Assembly (NCBI GenBank): GCA_038245785.1
Contig: JBBRSB010000022.1
Coordinates: 20,632 to 84,631, forward strand
Length of the DNA: 64,000 bases
Origin: Gloeobacterales cyanobacterium
GTDB lineage: Bacteria > Cyanobacteriota > Cyanobacteriia > Gloeobacterales > PMM-0068
Direction: 5' to 3'
In this document: positions 8,980 through 18,865 of the stretch, in pieces
Layout of the letters: every line of letters begins with the position of its first letter
How positions within the stretch are numbered: the first letter of the stretch is position 1
Program-made: the position numbers and the translations under genes
The notes under the pieces: generated by a model
Databases searched by the model: none
What the model was told of the DNA's origin: nothing
What the model saw: only the letters and a program-made list of their open reading frames with translations

Positions 8980-10392
8980 TTACACTCTAGTTGGCTGCTT
9001 CTTGGAAAGCTCTTCTACGCAAATTCCTGCCACCATCGCCAAGGCCAGCCACCAGAGCAGTTGCACCTGCGGCCTATACCAAATGGTATCCACAAAACCT
9101 TGAACCATGAGCCCTACTAGAGATGTCAAGCAACAGGCCAACAAAACTGCTGTTTGCGGGCTTTTGTCTATCAGTTTGCGCCACATACTGATGCCCCAAA
9201 CGCCCGTAGTCCAGAGGATCCAAAGAAAAGAAGCTAAGCCCAAAATTCCAAGTTCGACAGCGATTTCCAGAGGAATAGAGTAGGCCCCTAAAGCGTCATA
9301 GCCCCCCCTCTGGTAGAAGGGATAGACCACCTTAAAGGTTCGGTCCCCTGGTCCAATACCGAACCACAAATTTTCTTTAAATATTTCGAAACTGGCCACC
9401 CAGACGTTCTTGCGATGTCCCGTACTAGAGTCACCCTGTGAGATAGAAGCAAATCGATCCACGACCGAGGGCACGGCAATAGCAATTACCAAGAGAGCAA
9501 GCACCCCCATTCCCAGAAGACCCGGCAACAGCCAAGGTCGCCATCGAGCTGGTAAGCGCTGACTTAAGGGCTGCAAAGCAAACAAGGCCAGCACAAGAAC
9601 CATAGCGCCTAAGCCCAGAAAGCCGCTCCGCGAGAAGGTCAGGAGGATACAGACAGTAGATAATCCAGTGGCCAAACCCGCCAAAGCTTTGGCACTCCAC
9701 GCCCGAAATAGAACGACCCCGGACAAGCCCAAAGGTACGGCTGGGATTAAATAACCGGAGAGAAGAATTGGGTTACCTAAGAAGCTGTAGATGCGGGTGG
9801 TATCAGCCAACGAAGATTCCGCATCTACCCATCCTGGCAGGGGTGGCACGCCAATAATCCATTGCCTGAGTCCTTCTGCACAGACGGGTAGAACAGCCAG
9901 TAGATAACAGCCTAGGAGGACGGTTCGATATTTAGAAGACTGGCATAGACGGGTAAAAAGAGAAAACGAAAGAATATAGAGCGTGAACTTGAGCAGCCCC
10001 TCAAGACTGGTCGCGGAGTGAATCGAAGCCGCTGTCGAAACTACTCCCGCTGCCCAAAAAGTCACCACCGGAAGCGTTAGAGGGGAGAGAGGCTGTTTCT
10101 TAGTTAAAAATAATCCAGCCCATAGTCCAGCCCCAATCAGAAGAAAGAGGCCTATTTGTTCTGTGGAAGAAAAAGGAGCAATCAACAATAGAGTTCCGGC
10201 CCATCCCAGGGCAAGCGGCGTCAGCCAAGAACCAAATGAACTTTGCAGCGCCCAGGGTTCTAAACAGCCCTGAAATCTTCCCAGGAGACTGCCTAGCCAC
10301 CAACTATTAAGATCAGACGAAACTAAGGCTAAGCGCCCAAGAAAACTGCCTTGTAGCCACCTGGGGCTAAATCGGTCACTCTGGACGGACAT
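8980..10392 (-). CDS. ictB: IctB-like O-antigen ligase/polymerase family membrane protein
   Basis: WVDAES...TRIYSFLGNP, LTFSRSG, DSS..HRKNVW, GIGPG, LGAYSIPLEIAVELG, DTIWYRPQV. Confidence 0.75.
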   Translation of the reverse strand: MSVQSDRFSPRWLQGSFLGRLALVSSDLNSWWLGSLLGRFQGCLEPWALQSSFGSWLTPLALGWAGTLLLIAPFSSTEQIGLFLLIGAGLWAGLFLTKKQPLSPLTLPVVTFWAAGVVSTAASIHSATSLEGLLKFTLYILSFSLFTRLCQSSKYRTVLLGCYLLAVLPVCAEGLRQWIIGVPPLPGWVDAESSLADTTRIYSFLGNPILLSGYLIPAVPLGLSGVVLFRAWSAKALAGLATGLSTVCILLTFSRSGFLGLGAMVLVLALFALQPLSQRLPARWRPWLLPGLLGMGVLALLVIAIAVPSVVDRFASISQGDSSTGHRKNVWVASFEIFKENLWFGIGPGDRTFKVVYPFYQRGGYDALGAYSIPLEIAVELGILGLASFLWILWTTGVWGISMWRKLIDKSPQTAVLLACCLTSLVGLMVQGFVDTIWYRPQVQLLWWLALAMVAGICVEELSKKQPTRV

Positions 10393-10873
10393 CGACGGTA
10401 CTCGCTTTGCTGCTGTACAAGTACGTTTCTATCTCTAGCGGAATTCCCACTTTCACTTTCGCTCCCCCAATCACGTAGCCATTGGGCGTCTTGCTTGCCT
10501 GAGCCTTCAGCGTAAGGGTAATGTTTTTACCAAAGGTTTTATCGGGGTCTGGGAAATTCTTAGGCACACCATTGATGGCAAGGGCTATCAGACGAGGCTC
10601 TATTTTGACCTTTTCAATAGTGGCTTCGCCCGCAGGCTGATTGCGGATATTGATATTGACCTTATCCCCGACCTTAAGAATGTCTGAATTGACGATACTG
10701 TTCTGGATAAGCATATCTATCTGAATCGTTTTGGTTTCAGTTTGCGTAACTTGTGCTTCAGAACGACCAGAACGAAACACAAAAAAACCCAACAGACCCA
10801 ACACTAAAAGAACCAAGGCTCCAGCATCAATGATGTTGACCTTCCCAAAAAGCTTTCCATTCTCATCAATCAT
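10376..10873 (-). CDS. DUF4330-family membrane-anchored protein (copy 1)
   Basis: MIDENGKLFGKVNIID, one TM helix, NIRNQPAG, KVKVGIPLEIET. Confidence 0.75.
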   Translation of the reverse strand: MIDENGKLFGKVNIIDAGALVLLVLGLLGFFVFRSGRSEAQVTQTETKTIQIDMLIQNSIVNSDILKVGDKVNINIRNQPAGEATIEKVKIEPRLIALAINGVPKNFPDPDKTFGKNITLTLKAQASKTPNGYVIGGAKVKVGIPLEIETYLYSSKASTVDVRPE

Positions 10874-10999
10874 GGCTTGGGGCCTGCAATAGACCCAGAG
10901 ATTGTATCATTCTCGAAAATACATTCGTGTGTCATCCTGAAAATCCAAATGACTATTCAGAACTTCCACGCGACCAGTGTATGGGGGTTCCGTGACGTT

Positions 11000-11025
11000 T
11001 GTAAACACTAGGTATAGTGTTTACA
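11000..11025. repeat. intergenic palindrome, REP-like
   Basis: tgtaaacacta-ggta-tagtgtttaca; flank gatcggtagggcatgat resembles the flank of the REP at about 4852. Confidence 0.5.
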
Positions 11026-11087
11026 GGATCGGTAGGGCATGATCAACATCGACATGAAAGCGGACTCTGTTAACCGAGTGTGGCCTT

Positions 11088-11582
11088 TCACGTCGATAGC
11101 AAATCTATAACCGTTCCGCCCCGCAGTTGGTACTTAGCGGTCTCAATCTCTAAAGGGATACCCACTTTCACCTTGGCTCCACCCACTGCATAGCCATTGG
11201 CGGTCTCACGGGCTTCAGCCTGAAAAGTTAAGACAACGTTCTTAGAATAAGGGTCGGCCGGGTCCGGAATACTCTTTACTTGCCCATTGATAGGCAATGT
11301 AATCAAATGGGGCATTACTTTAATATTTTGCAGGGTAGCCAGTCCTGCAGACTGATTGCGGATGGTGACATTCGCTTTATCCCCTACATGAAAAGAATTG
11401 AGGTCACGGATATTTATTTCAGGCAAAAGCAGACTTATTTGAATCGTTTTGGGACTTGCTTGAGTTTCAGGACGACCAGAACGAATCACAAAATAGCCTG
11501 CAAGAGCCAAAATCGCGAAGAACACTATCCCTACATCGATGATGCTCACTTTGCCAAACAGCTTTCCATTTTCATCCATCAT
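11088..11582 (-). CDS. DUF4330-family membrane-anchored protein (copy 2)
   Basis: MMDENGKLFGKVSIID...GGAKVKVGIPLEIET; clear paralogue of 10376-10873. Confidence 0.75.
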   Translation of the reverse strand: MMDENGKLFGKVSIIDVGIVFFAILALAGYFVIRSGRPETQASPKTIQISLLLPEINIRDLNSFHVGDKANVTIRNQSAGLATLQNIKVMPHLITLPINGQVKSIPDPADPYSKNVVLTFQAEARETANGYAVGGAKVKVGIPLEIETAKYQLRGGTVIDLLST

Positions 11583-11689
11583 GGCGTAGAGTCTGCGATC
11601 AACCCGGCAATCCTAGCACTTAAAAATTCAACGGTTCCCTGCCTTCAACCTCTTGCTCGTGGGTCGTTGAAGTTTTTTCGCATTTAGCC

Positions 11690-11720
11690 TTGACTTAGAG
11701 TGTGCTCTAAGACTTAGGCT
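11690..11720 (+). promoter_or_regulatory. MerR-type promoter/operator
   Basis: -35 TTGACT (11690), 19-bp spacer, -10 TAGGCT (11715); dyad CTTAGAG-tgtg-CTCTAAG (11694-11711). Confidence 0.85.
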
Positions 11721-11726
11721 TCAGAT

Positions 11727-12188
11727 ATGGAAACGGAACTCACCATTCAACAGGTCGCAAATTCTACAGGGTTAAGCGTACACACCCTGCGCTATTACGA
11801 ACGCAACGGTCTGATCGCACCGATTGATCGGGCTGCCAATGGTCATCGTCGATATTCGGACCAGAACATTGCCTGGATTGAATTTTTGACGAAGTTACGC
11901 ACCACGGGTATGCCGATTCGTCAGATGCAGCAATTTGCGGCCTTGGTGCGTGAACGTCCTGATGAGGTACAGGAACGCCGCATCTTACTGGAAGTTCATC
12001 GTTCCGCCGTGCAAAAACACATGGATCAACTTAGTCATCATCTGGCAGTTATTGACTGGAAGATTCAGCACTATCAAGAGCTGGAGAAAGCCAGAGGCAG
12101 TGACCAGGACTGTATCTATCCCGTACAGGAACAGCCCACTACGTCATCAATTTCTGAAAAACGCGCTAGGACTGGGTCCATTTCCTAG
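11727..12188 (+). CDS. MerR-family regulator (AdhR/NmlR-like)
   Basis: LTIQQVANSTGLSVHTLRYYERNGLI...NGHRRY...LRTTGMPI. Confidence 0.9.
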   Translation: METELTIQQVANSTGLSVHTLRYYERNGLIAPIDRAANGHRRYSDQNIAWIEFLTKLRTTGMPIRQMQQFAALVRERPDEVQERRILLEVHRSAVQKHMDQLSHHLAVIDWKIQHYQELEKARGSDQDCIYPVQEQPTTSSISEKRARTGSIS

Positions 12189-12276
12189 CCATCGTAGCAA
12201 CTGACTGGCTAAAGAAGGGCAGGAATCATAGCTGCTCACAGAATCACTTTGCTCAAAATATCGAGGCTCTACTCTT

Positions 12277-13161
12277 ATGAACACACAAAATGTCGTCTTA
12301 ATCACGGGCAGCAGTAGTGGCTTTGGCTATCTTGCAGCCCAAACGCTTGCCCGCAAAGGATATAGCGTTTATGCCACCATGCGCGATATAGAGGGGCGTA
12401 ACGCTGCTCCCACCGAACAACTACGCGCTGTAGCGAGGGAAGAAAATCTATCTTTGGAGGTAGTCGAACTGGATGTGACCAAGGATGCCTCTGTCGCCCT
12501 TGCCGTAGGCTCCGTCATCGAGCGTGCAGGGAAAATTGATGTCTTGGTTAACAACGCTGGGGTGATGTATTCCGGAGTCACAGAAGCCTATACTCTCGAG
12601 CAGGCGTACCAACAGTTTGAGCCAAACTTCTTTGGAGTGATACGCATGAATCGGGCTGTACTCCCGCATATGCGTCAGCAAAAAAGTGGTTTGCTGATTC
12701 ATCTAGGGTCTCTGGCTAGCGGGTTAATGTTTCCCTTCTATGGTCTCTACTGTGCAAGTAAGCACGCTGTGGAAGCTCTTGCATTGTCCTATCGCTATGA
12801 CTTATCCAGTCTTGGCATTGATTCTGTCGTCGTCGAACCTGGTCCCTTTGCCACAAATCTACTTGGGACTAACGACCCACCCCGCGACCAAGAGTGTCTT
12901 GCCGCCTATGGACCTGTGGCAGACATTCCGAGCAAGGTCACCCAAAACATCGAAGCAGGACTCCAAGACCCTCAGGTGGCGGTTGACAGTATCGTCAACC
13001 TGATTGAAAGTCCCACGGGAGAACGCCCCTTCAGAACCGTTCCTGGCTTTGACTTTGGCTTGAGGCCAGTCAACGCCGCCAAAGAAATAGCGCAGCAGGG
13101 TCTCCTGGAAGCCCTCGCTTTGCAAGAGCTGGAACCGTTAAAGACAACTGCACTCCATTAA
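12277..13161 (+). CDS. short-chain dehydrogenase/reductase
   Basis: TGSSSGFG, NNAG, YCASK. Confidence 0.92.
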   Translation: MNTQNVVLITGSSSGFGYLAAQTLARKGYSVYATMRDIEGRNAAPTEQLRAVAREENLSLEVVELDVTKDASVALAVGSVIERAGKIDVLVNNAGVMYSGVTEAYTLEQAYQQFEPNFFGVIRMNRAVLPHMRQQKSGLLIHLGSLASGLMFPFYGLYCASKHAVEALALSYRYDLSSLGIDSVVVEPGPFATNLLGTNDPPRDQECLAAYGPVADIPSKVTQNIEAGLQDPQVAVDSIVNLIESPTGERPFRTVPGFDFGLRPVNAAKEIAQQGLLEALALQELEPLKTTALH

Positions 13162-13185
13162 CTCCATCTACACGAGGAATGTCCT

Positions 13186-14172
13186 ATGAAAACGCGACAA
13201 TTAGGCAAAAATGGCCCTCAAGTCTCAGCGATCGGACTCGGCTGTATGGGCATGTCAGAATTCTATGGCAGCCGCAATGACCAAGATTCTATAGCCACCC
13301 TCCAGCGAGCCTTTGAACTGGGAATTACCTTCCTGGATACGGCTGATATGTATGGCCCACACCATAACGAAGAGCTAGTCGGTAAAGCAATTCAGGGCCA
13401 TCGTGAGCAGATCGTTTTAGCTACCAAGTTTGGCATTGTTCGTGGGGAAGACCCGACGGTTCGCAGCGTGAACGGTAAACCTGAATATGTTCGCCAGGCT
13501 TGTGATGCCAGTCTCAAACGTTTAGGCGTAGACGTAATAGACCTCTATTACCAGCATCGGGTAGACCCCCAAGTTCCGATTGAAGAGACCGTGGGCGCGA
13601 TGGCTGAACTGGTGAAAGAAGGAAAGGTTCGTTACCTGGGACTTTCTGAAGCGTCTCCCCAGACGCTGCGCCGCGCCTACGCCGTTCATCCGATTACAGC
13701 GCTACAAACGGAATATTCTTTATGGAGCCGCGATCCAGAAGATGAAATCCTGGCAACCTGCCGAGAATTGGGCATCGGCTTTGTCCCCTATAGTCCTTTA
13801 GGCCGGGGCTTCCTCACCGGACAGATCAAGCGCTTTGAAGACCTGGCCGAAGACGATTACCGTCGCTTTTCTCCTCGCTTTCAGGGCGAAAACTTCCAGC
13901 GCAATCTTGAGTTGGTCAAACAAATCGAGACAATGGCTACTGAAAAAGGCTGCCGTCCTTCTCAACTGGCCTTGGCCTGGGTCCTAGCTCAAGGAGAGGA
14001 CATTGTGCCCATCCCCGGAACCAAGCGCATTCCCTACCTGGAAGAAAATATCGGAGCTCTAGAGGTCAAACTGACGACTGACGACTTAGCCCGTATCGAT
14101 GCCATTGCCCCCAAAGGTTCCGCCGCCGGTACACGCTATCCCGAAAGCATGATGAGCGCGGTGAATGGTTGA
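13186..14172 (+). CDS. aldo/keto reductase
   Basis: [39 protein letters not shown]. Confidence 0.93.
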   Translation: MKTRQLGKNGPQVSAIGLGCMGMSEFYGSRNDQDSIATLQRAFELGITFLDTADMYGPHHNEELVGKAIQGHREQIVLATKFGIVRGEDPTVRSVNGKPEYVRQACDASLKRLGVDVIDLYYQHRVDPQVPIEETVGAMAELVKEGKVRYLGLSEASPQTLRRAYAVHPITALQTEYSLWSRDPEDEILATCRELGIGFVPYSPLGRGFLTGQIKRFEDLAEDDYRRFSPRFQGENFQRNLELVKQIETMATEKGCRPSQLALAWVLAQGEDIVPIPGTKRIPYLEENIGALEVKLTTDDLARIDAIAPKGSAAGTRYPESMMSAVNG

Positions 14173-14187
14173 GATTTCTGTTAGTAA

Positions 14188-14287
14188 CACCTCCTAATCC
14201 CCCAATTCTGGGGGACTTTGAGTATAGGCTTATAGCTAAGTGCAAGAGAAGATGGCTTCCTGCCCAAAAAATCGGGGGATGGGAAGC
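14188..14287. repeat. second copy of the CCCCCAATTCTGGGGG dispersed repeat
   Basis: taatcccccaattctgggggactttgagt is near-identical to 2607-2636; degenerate right arm cccaaaaaatcggggg. Confidence 0.7.
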
Positions 14288-14468
14288 CATTTTAAATAGG
14301 TTCTTTACTCTTGGAAAGGGTAGAAAAATTCAATTGTGTATGGTGGACGAAGTTCAACTAAGTAAGCAAACTATGAAAAAGAGAGTACTACTCAAGTCAG
14401 AAATCTCTCTTGCGAGTTATTTCTGCTAAACCCACGTTGTGTCTAACCTAATCTACTCACTTCGAATT

Positions 14469-17400
14469 TTAAGTCAGGATAGGTTGTGAATCTTTCCATA
14501 TAGTAATCAATGTTTTAATTTCAGATCGTTGAATTGGCAACGCAGCAAACCTTTGCTGAATTTTTGAATCAAGCTGCTCACTAACTTTTATCATAGATCT
14601 ACCAGTCGAGAGAGCTTTAAGTAGCTCAAATATGAGACAATCTCGATCAACAGGAATAAGTACTTGGCCATAAAGTTTGTAGATAAACTGAGTAGAAATA
14701 TCTAAAGCATATTCCAGATTAGTACGGACATCTTTAATGATCTTAAGGATGGATATATAGTTAAATCCAATTTTAAAATTAGATTTTCGAACACTTTCAA
14801 AGAGCGTAGTATCATCAATAATAGTGTAATAAAATCCCAAATATACTAACTGGCAGACAGCATCATTATACTGAGATTGAGAAAGTGTATTCCGCTTCAG
14901 ACTGTGATGTAAAACTACCTGTGTCCAGACCCCTCTCACATTAGAATCTGATTGAGCATAATGTCGCAATAATTGGTCATCAGAATAAAGAACATGATTA
15001 GACTCACTAGCAATCAACATAGTATCAACGAAAGATTGACCAAAAATTCCATTACGCTTTTCTCGCTCACCACTATTTATGCTAAGTGCACGTCTGCAAG
15101 ATAAAATTTGACAATTTTTTCGAACCCAAGCAAGAACTTTTTCAATATAGCTCAAGCTTTTAAATACTTGTTCAGCAGTTGTGTCCTGTATAGCCAGAGA
15201 ACCATTTTCTAAGCTAATCGTTGAGAATCCATTTGATTGAAGTTCACGCCGCTCATTAGCGACATCTTCTAGAAGAAGAATAGTTGAACGAGCTATTCCA
15301 AATTTTCCAAGCATCTGTACAACTTCGTCAGCAATACCTAATTGATGTACTGTCAAAAGTGATGTTAAATCAATAACAACAAGCTCTCCTCGTGCAAGTG
15401 TAGTGAGACCTTCCTCAAATTCTTTTCCAGGCCCTTGCCAACAACATAACTTTGAGTCAGGACGTCGAATCAGTTCAAAAAACAGGTCAACAGGATTACG
15501 CTGGAGTAATTCAGCAAACATTCCAAAAGGTATTGTACCCTGTTGATAATACGCCGAAATCTGTTCAAATTTATTCATTCTCAGTTCAAGCACTGTCTGC
15601 ATATTTTTTATCCATTCAGGGTCGATATTATCGTTCTCTGAATCCAATATATTGAAAGTCCTAAATCCCTCCACTTCTGGACTATTTTCGATTATTTGAA
15701 TGCTCTTCATATATGCAGCATAGTATTTGCTTTTAATGTCTAAAACAATGACACTACTTTTACCAAAAATATCTTCTTTTATAATGATTTCATCACCAAC
15801 TTTCTTAGCTATCATTTTTTTTGCTAAGGAATCTTCTACAGACAATTCTTGATGCCCAATTGCATGAGATAATTTGTCTTCAATAATTTGCCAAGTTTTA
15901 ACTTCATGTTGATCTTTTAATAGAACTCCAGTATTGGGTATCACTCTCTCTGGATCTATATCAAGCAATTTAAAATTATTTTCTTCTTTGAGATAGAAAG
16001 TAGCATATATTTTATGAGCCTCCCAATTATCGTAAAAACGCTTTTGCAACTCATATAGAGTTTCCAATAAGTCTTGAAATCTATTTCGATTTCTATAAAG
16101 ATATATAAGAACTTTACATAAATCAAAAGACAGTCCGTTAAGACGAGGGTGCAAGTCAAGAAATTGGTCTAGCTCATCTAGATTATCCATTAAAAAATTA
16201 ATACGGGCTAAATGAATTTGCATTGAAATATCATTAGGAAATAATCGCAAATAATCTTTGCATACCGAATAAGCAGTATTAAGTTCATCTATGTCTATAT
16301 ATAGATTGACAGCCAAATCAGATATCTGATCAAGAGGGCCATATTTTTTAAGAAGACCTTCACATATGGGCAGAGCTTTTCCAAGGTCACCAGAACCCAG
16401 GTATGAGTTAAGTAGACTGCGTATAAAGCGAGTGTTCAAAGTTATATCAACAAATTTCTCATAAATCTCAGCTGCATCCTTGTAGTGTTTTAGTTCATTT
16501 AGCAAATCAGCTAGCATAATTTGGTCACGGAGACATGCATTCTCACCCAAAGAAGCTTTTGCTTGGGCTATATACGACTCAACTCCACTAGCATCTTGCG
16601 CTTTTAACGCAGCACGAACTGCAATTATCAACGTAACGGTATCACATGTGTATTCAGCAAGTAGACTCTTTATTAAAACTTTAGTCTGTTCATAATCATC
16701 TTCTTGTAAACTCAATTGCATGAGCAAATGATTAGCTTCTTTTCTGTATGAATCGTTATCTGTTTGAAATTGCTCAAGTACTTTTTTGGCATCTTTAAAT
16801 CGTCCTTCATCCATCATCCATGCAGCAGTCAGAATCGACGCCTCAGGTGTGGAAGGGTTAGTGATAATTTCCTCTAGATAAGTAATGGCTTGAGATTTTT
16901 CATTCCTGGTATAAGCAAGTAGAGCACGTTGCTTAATTAGTTGGGGATTATGAGGTTTTATTCTTAGAGCAATATCTGTATCGCGAATGGCTTCATCTAT
17001 CCTGTTTAGCCATCTCAAAGCGCTGCCTCTATTAGCAAGTGGTACTAACAAGCCCGAATGTAAGTTCTGCGGATAATCCCCACCTATAATTTCGGTTAGT
17101 ATCTCTATTGCCCGCTCCAGCGCAAGTTGCTGATCAGCTGTGATTTGTCCTGCCAAGAGTAATGAGAAGTTCTTAAGTATGGGTTCCATTATTGCCACGG
17201 CCAGCAAGACCTTAATATTGCTTAGATCTCCAGCTTCACCATTTTTGATGGCTGTTTGAAACCATTTCTTAGCAAGCTCATAAGACTTGCGATTGAGAGC
17301 AGCCTCTCCTATAGCTGCTGCCACTTCTGCATTAGACCTATATTGGGCTGGAGCCAGATTGATTATTGTTTCAAGTACTTCATCCCGAGGGGCCATTTGA

Positions 17401-18647
17401 ATCCTTATAGCATAAGCTGTGCAATTAGCTGGATTCTTCTGCAATACTGTCTGAACAAGTTCCTCAGCCTTTATATGCTCTCCCTGAAACATGTAACCTA
17501 TGGCTGCATGGACTATAGCTCTTTCATCATCTGGCTTATACTGCAAGGCTTCGAGGAAAGATACTGCTGCATTCGCAGTTTGATCGAGTGAAAGATAGGC
17601 CATTCCGATGTTACTCAACAAGCGAAACTTATGTACGGGATCAGCTTTTGTCCATAGCTCCTTCTTAAGATCACTTAAGTAATCCAGTGCTTCCTTAGGC
17701 TTACCTCGATTAATGAACGTTCCTCCATTTGTAATTCGGGCGTTCCTTTCATCATTCAAGTCTGATTTGTTCTCGGTTAGAGTGACTAGCATGGCGTGCA
17801 TATGGGGAATAAGTTTCGCCTGTTCTTCAATATTCTCTTGAAATCCAATACTTAATTGAACTGGATCTGGATTAGGAAGCTTCCCATAGCGTATTAGTGA
17901 GATTACAAATGCAGCAGCAGCATTCGCCGCATAAGAATGCCATCTATCATCCTTTTTTATATCAGCTAGATCTGAAATACCTCTTACTTCTAGAAAACTT
18001 GGCGGAGGATTGTGATTAGAAGCTGCACTAGCCACGCCATATCCTTCCATTGCCACAGCAAGCAATTTCGGGCACTGGTTAACTAAATTATCTATGTTAG
18101 TCTGATTGGCAATAACTTTCTCTCCACTTGCAATGGGGCCATAATGCAACTTTGGGAGCTGAGTCTTTTTTTTACCCTTTCCTGGACGGGTTGTAACAAT
18201 GCTGTTAGACCAGTTGGAAAGTTCTGGGTTCTTTGAACGACCATAAAGCAAGCGATCCGAAGGTAATTGTTTTACTCTGTTTTCAGACCCCTTATCTGTG
18301 ATCTTTGCTAATTCGTAGTAGTGAACAAACTCAGCCACTACTACATCACCTAGATCTACTTTTCCTTTAACACCACCTGCGATCCCTACCATGAAGACGT
18401 ACTTTGGTTGGTAACGTTTAATCATCTGTTGAGTACTAAGTGAGGCTTCATTGTTACCCATGCCAAGAAGCATTACTAGAACTACACGATAACGGCGGTC
18501 GCTGTCTGCAATAGAAATATAGCCACAAAAATAAGTAGTAGGGTCGCTGTCATCGTGTTCGGTTGTGTATTCTTCAAGTCTTGCAAGGATTGCATCTCGT
18601 TCAACTGGCAGGGCTGTTACAATTCCGATGTCTGATTTCACCTCCAC
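14469..18647 (-). CDS. nucleoside phosphorylase (PNP/MTAN) + TPR + GreA/B-C-like + PIN multidomain protein, putative anti-phage/conflict protein
   Basis: N-term GIVTALPVE, GMGN, VGIAGG, GPIASGEKVI, AMEG, RGISD; long TPR array; ELSVEDSLAKKMIAKKVGDEIII (GreA/B C-terminal-like); VVIDLTS...LYSDDQLLR (PIN acidic motifs); visibly AT-rich. Confidence 0.75.
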   Translation of the reverse strand: MEVKSDIGIVTALPVERDAILARLEEYTTEHDDSDPTTYFCGYISIADSDRRYRVVLVMLLGMGNNEASLSTQQMIKRYQPKYVFMVGIAGGVKGKVDLGDVVVAEFVHYYELAKITDKGSENRVKQLPSDRLLYGRSKNPELSNWSNSIVTTRPGKGKKKTQLPKLHYGPIASGEKVIANQTNIDNLVNQCPKLLAVAMEGYGVASAASNHNPPPSFLEVRGISDLADIKKDDRWHSYAANAAAAFVISLIRYGKLPNPDPVQLSIGFQENIEEQAKLIPHMHAMLVTLTENKSDLNDERNARITNGGTFINRGKPKEALDYLSDLKKELWTKADPVHKFRLLSNIGMAYLSLDQTANAAVSFLEALQYKPDDERAIVHAAIGYMFQGEHIKAEELVQTVLQKNPANCTAYAIRIQMAPRDEVLETIINLAPAQYRSNAEVAAAIGEAALNRKSYELAKKWFQTAIKNGEAGDLSNIKVLLAVAIMEPILKNFSLLLAGQITADQQLALERAIEILTEIIGGDYPQNLHSGLLVPLANRGSALRWLNRIDEAIRDTDIALRIKPHNPQLIKQRALLAYTRNEKSQAITYLEEIITNPSTPEASILTAAWMMDEGRFKDAKKVLEQFQTDNDSYRKEANHLLMQLSLQEDDYEQTKVLIKSLLAEYTCDTVTLIIAVRAALKAQDASGVESYIAQAKASLGENACLRDQIMLADLLNELKHYKDAAEIYEKFVDITLNTRFIRSLLNSYLGSGDLGKALPICEGLLKKYGPLDQISDLAVNLYIDIDELNTAYSVCKDYLRLFPNDISMQIHLARINFLMDNLDELDQFLDLHPRLNGLSFDLCKVLIYLYRNRNRFQDLLETLYELQKRFYDNWEAHKIYATFYLKEENNFKLLDIDPERVIPNTGVLLKDQHEVKTWQIIEDKLSHAIGHQELSVEDSLAKKMIAKKVGDEIIIKEDIFGKSSVIVLDIKSKYYAAYMKSIQIIENSPEVEGFRTFNILDSENDNIDPEWIKNMQTVLELRMNKFEQISAYYQQGTIPFGMFAELLQRNPVDLFFELIRRPDSKLCCWQGPGKEFEEGLTTLARGELVVIDLTSLLTVHQLGIADEVVQMLGKFGIARSTILLLEDVANERRELQSNGFSTISLENGSLAIQDTTAEQVFKSLSYIEKVLAWVRKNCQILSCRRALSINSGEREKRNGIFGQSFVDTMLIASESNHVLYSDDQLLRHYAQSDSNVRGVWTQVVLHHSLKRNTLSQSQYNDAVCQLVYLGFYYTIIDDTTLFESVRKSNFKIGFNYISILKIIKDVRTNLEYALDISTQFIYKLYGQVLIPVDRDCLIFELLKALSTGRSMIKVSEQLDSKIQQRFAALPIQRSEIKTLITIWKDSQPILT

Positions 18648-18865
18648 ACAGCCTCTTGCCAGATACTGATCAAGTTATACCCTTAATCTCAGTGATTTAT
18701 TACTGCCATAAGACTTGAATCAAAAGGACTGGATAGAAAACCAGACAGTACCTGCTTAATCAAACAAACGCGAATAGCCAAAAGTCGATAATAAACTTAT
18801 TAAAGAAGACTCTTTCTCAATTCCATAGCCAGATAGAATACAAGTCTAGCCAGAAAGAAAATCAA

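Noticed and set aside
8980..10392. IctB as a bicarbonate transporter linked to cmpCD
   Set aside because: The family is O-antigen ligase-like, the transporter annotation is historical, and the gene is not in the cmp operon
14169..14429. 86-aa ORF after the AKR gene
   Set aside because: Mostly translated dispersed repeat; no protein-like features
14430..14468. GTTAGAC motif just downstream of the defence-like gene as a possible integron attC
   Set aside because: No properly ordered RYYYAAC...GTTRRRY pair or attC-like hairpin, and no integrase in the window
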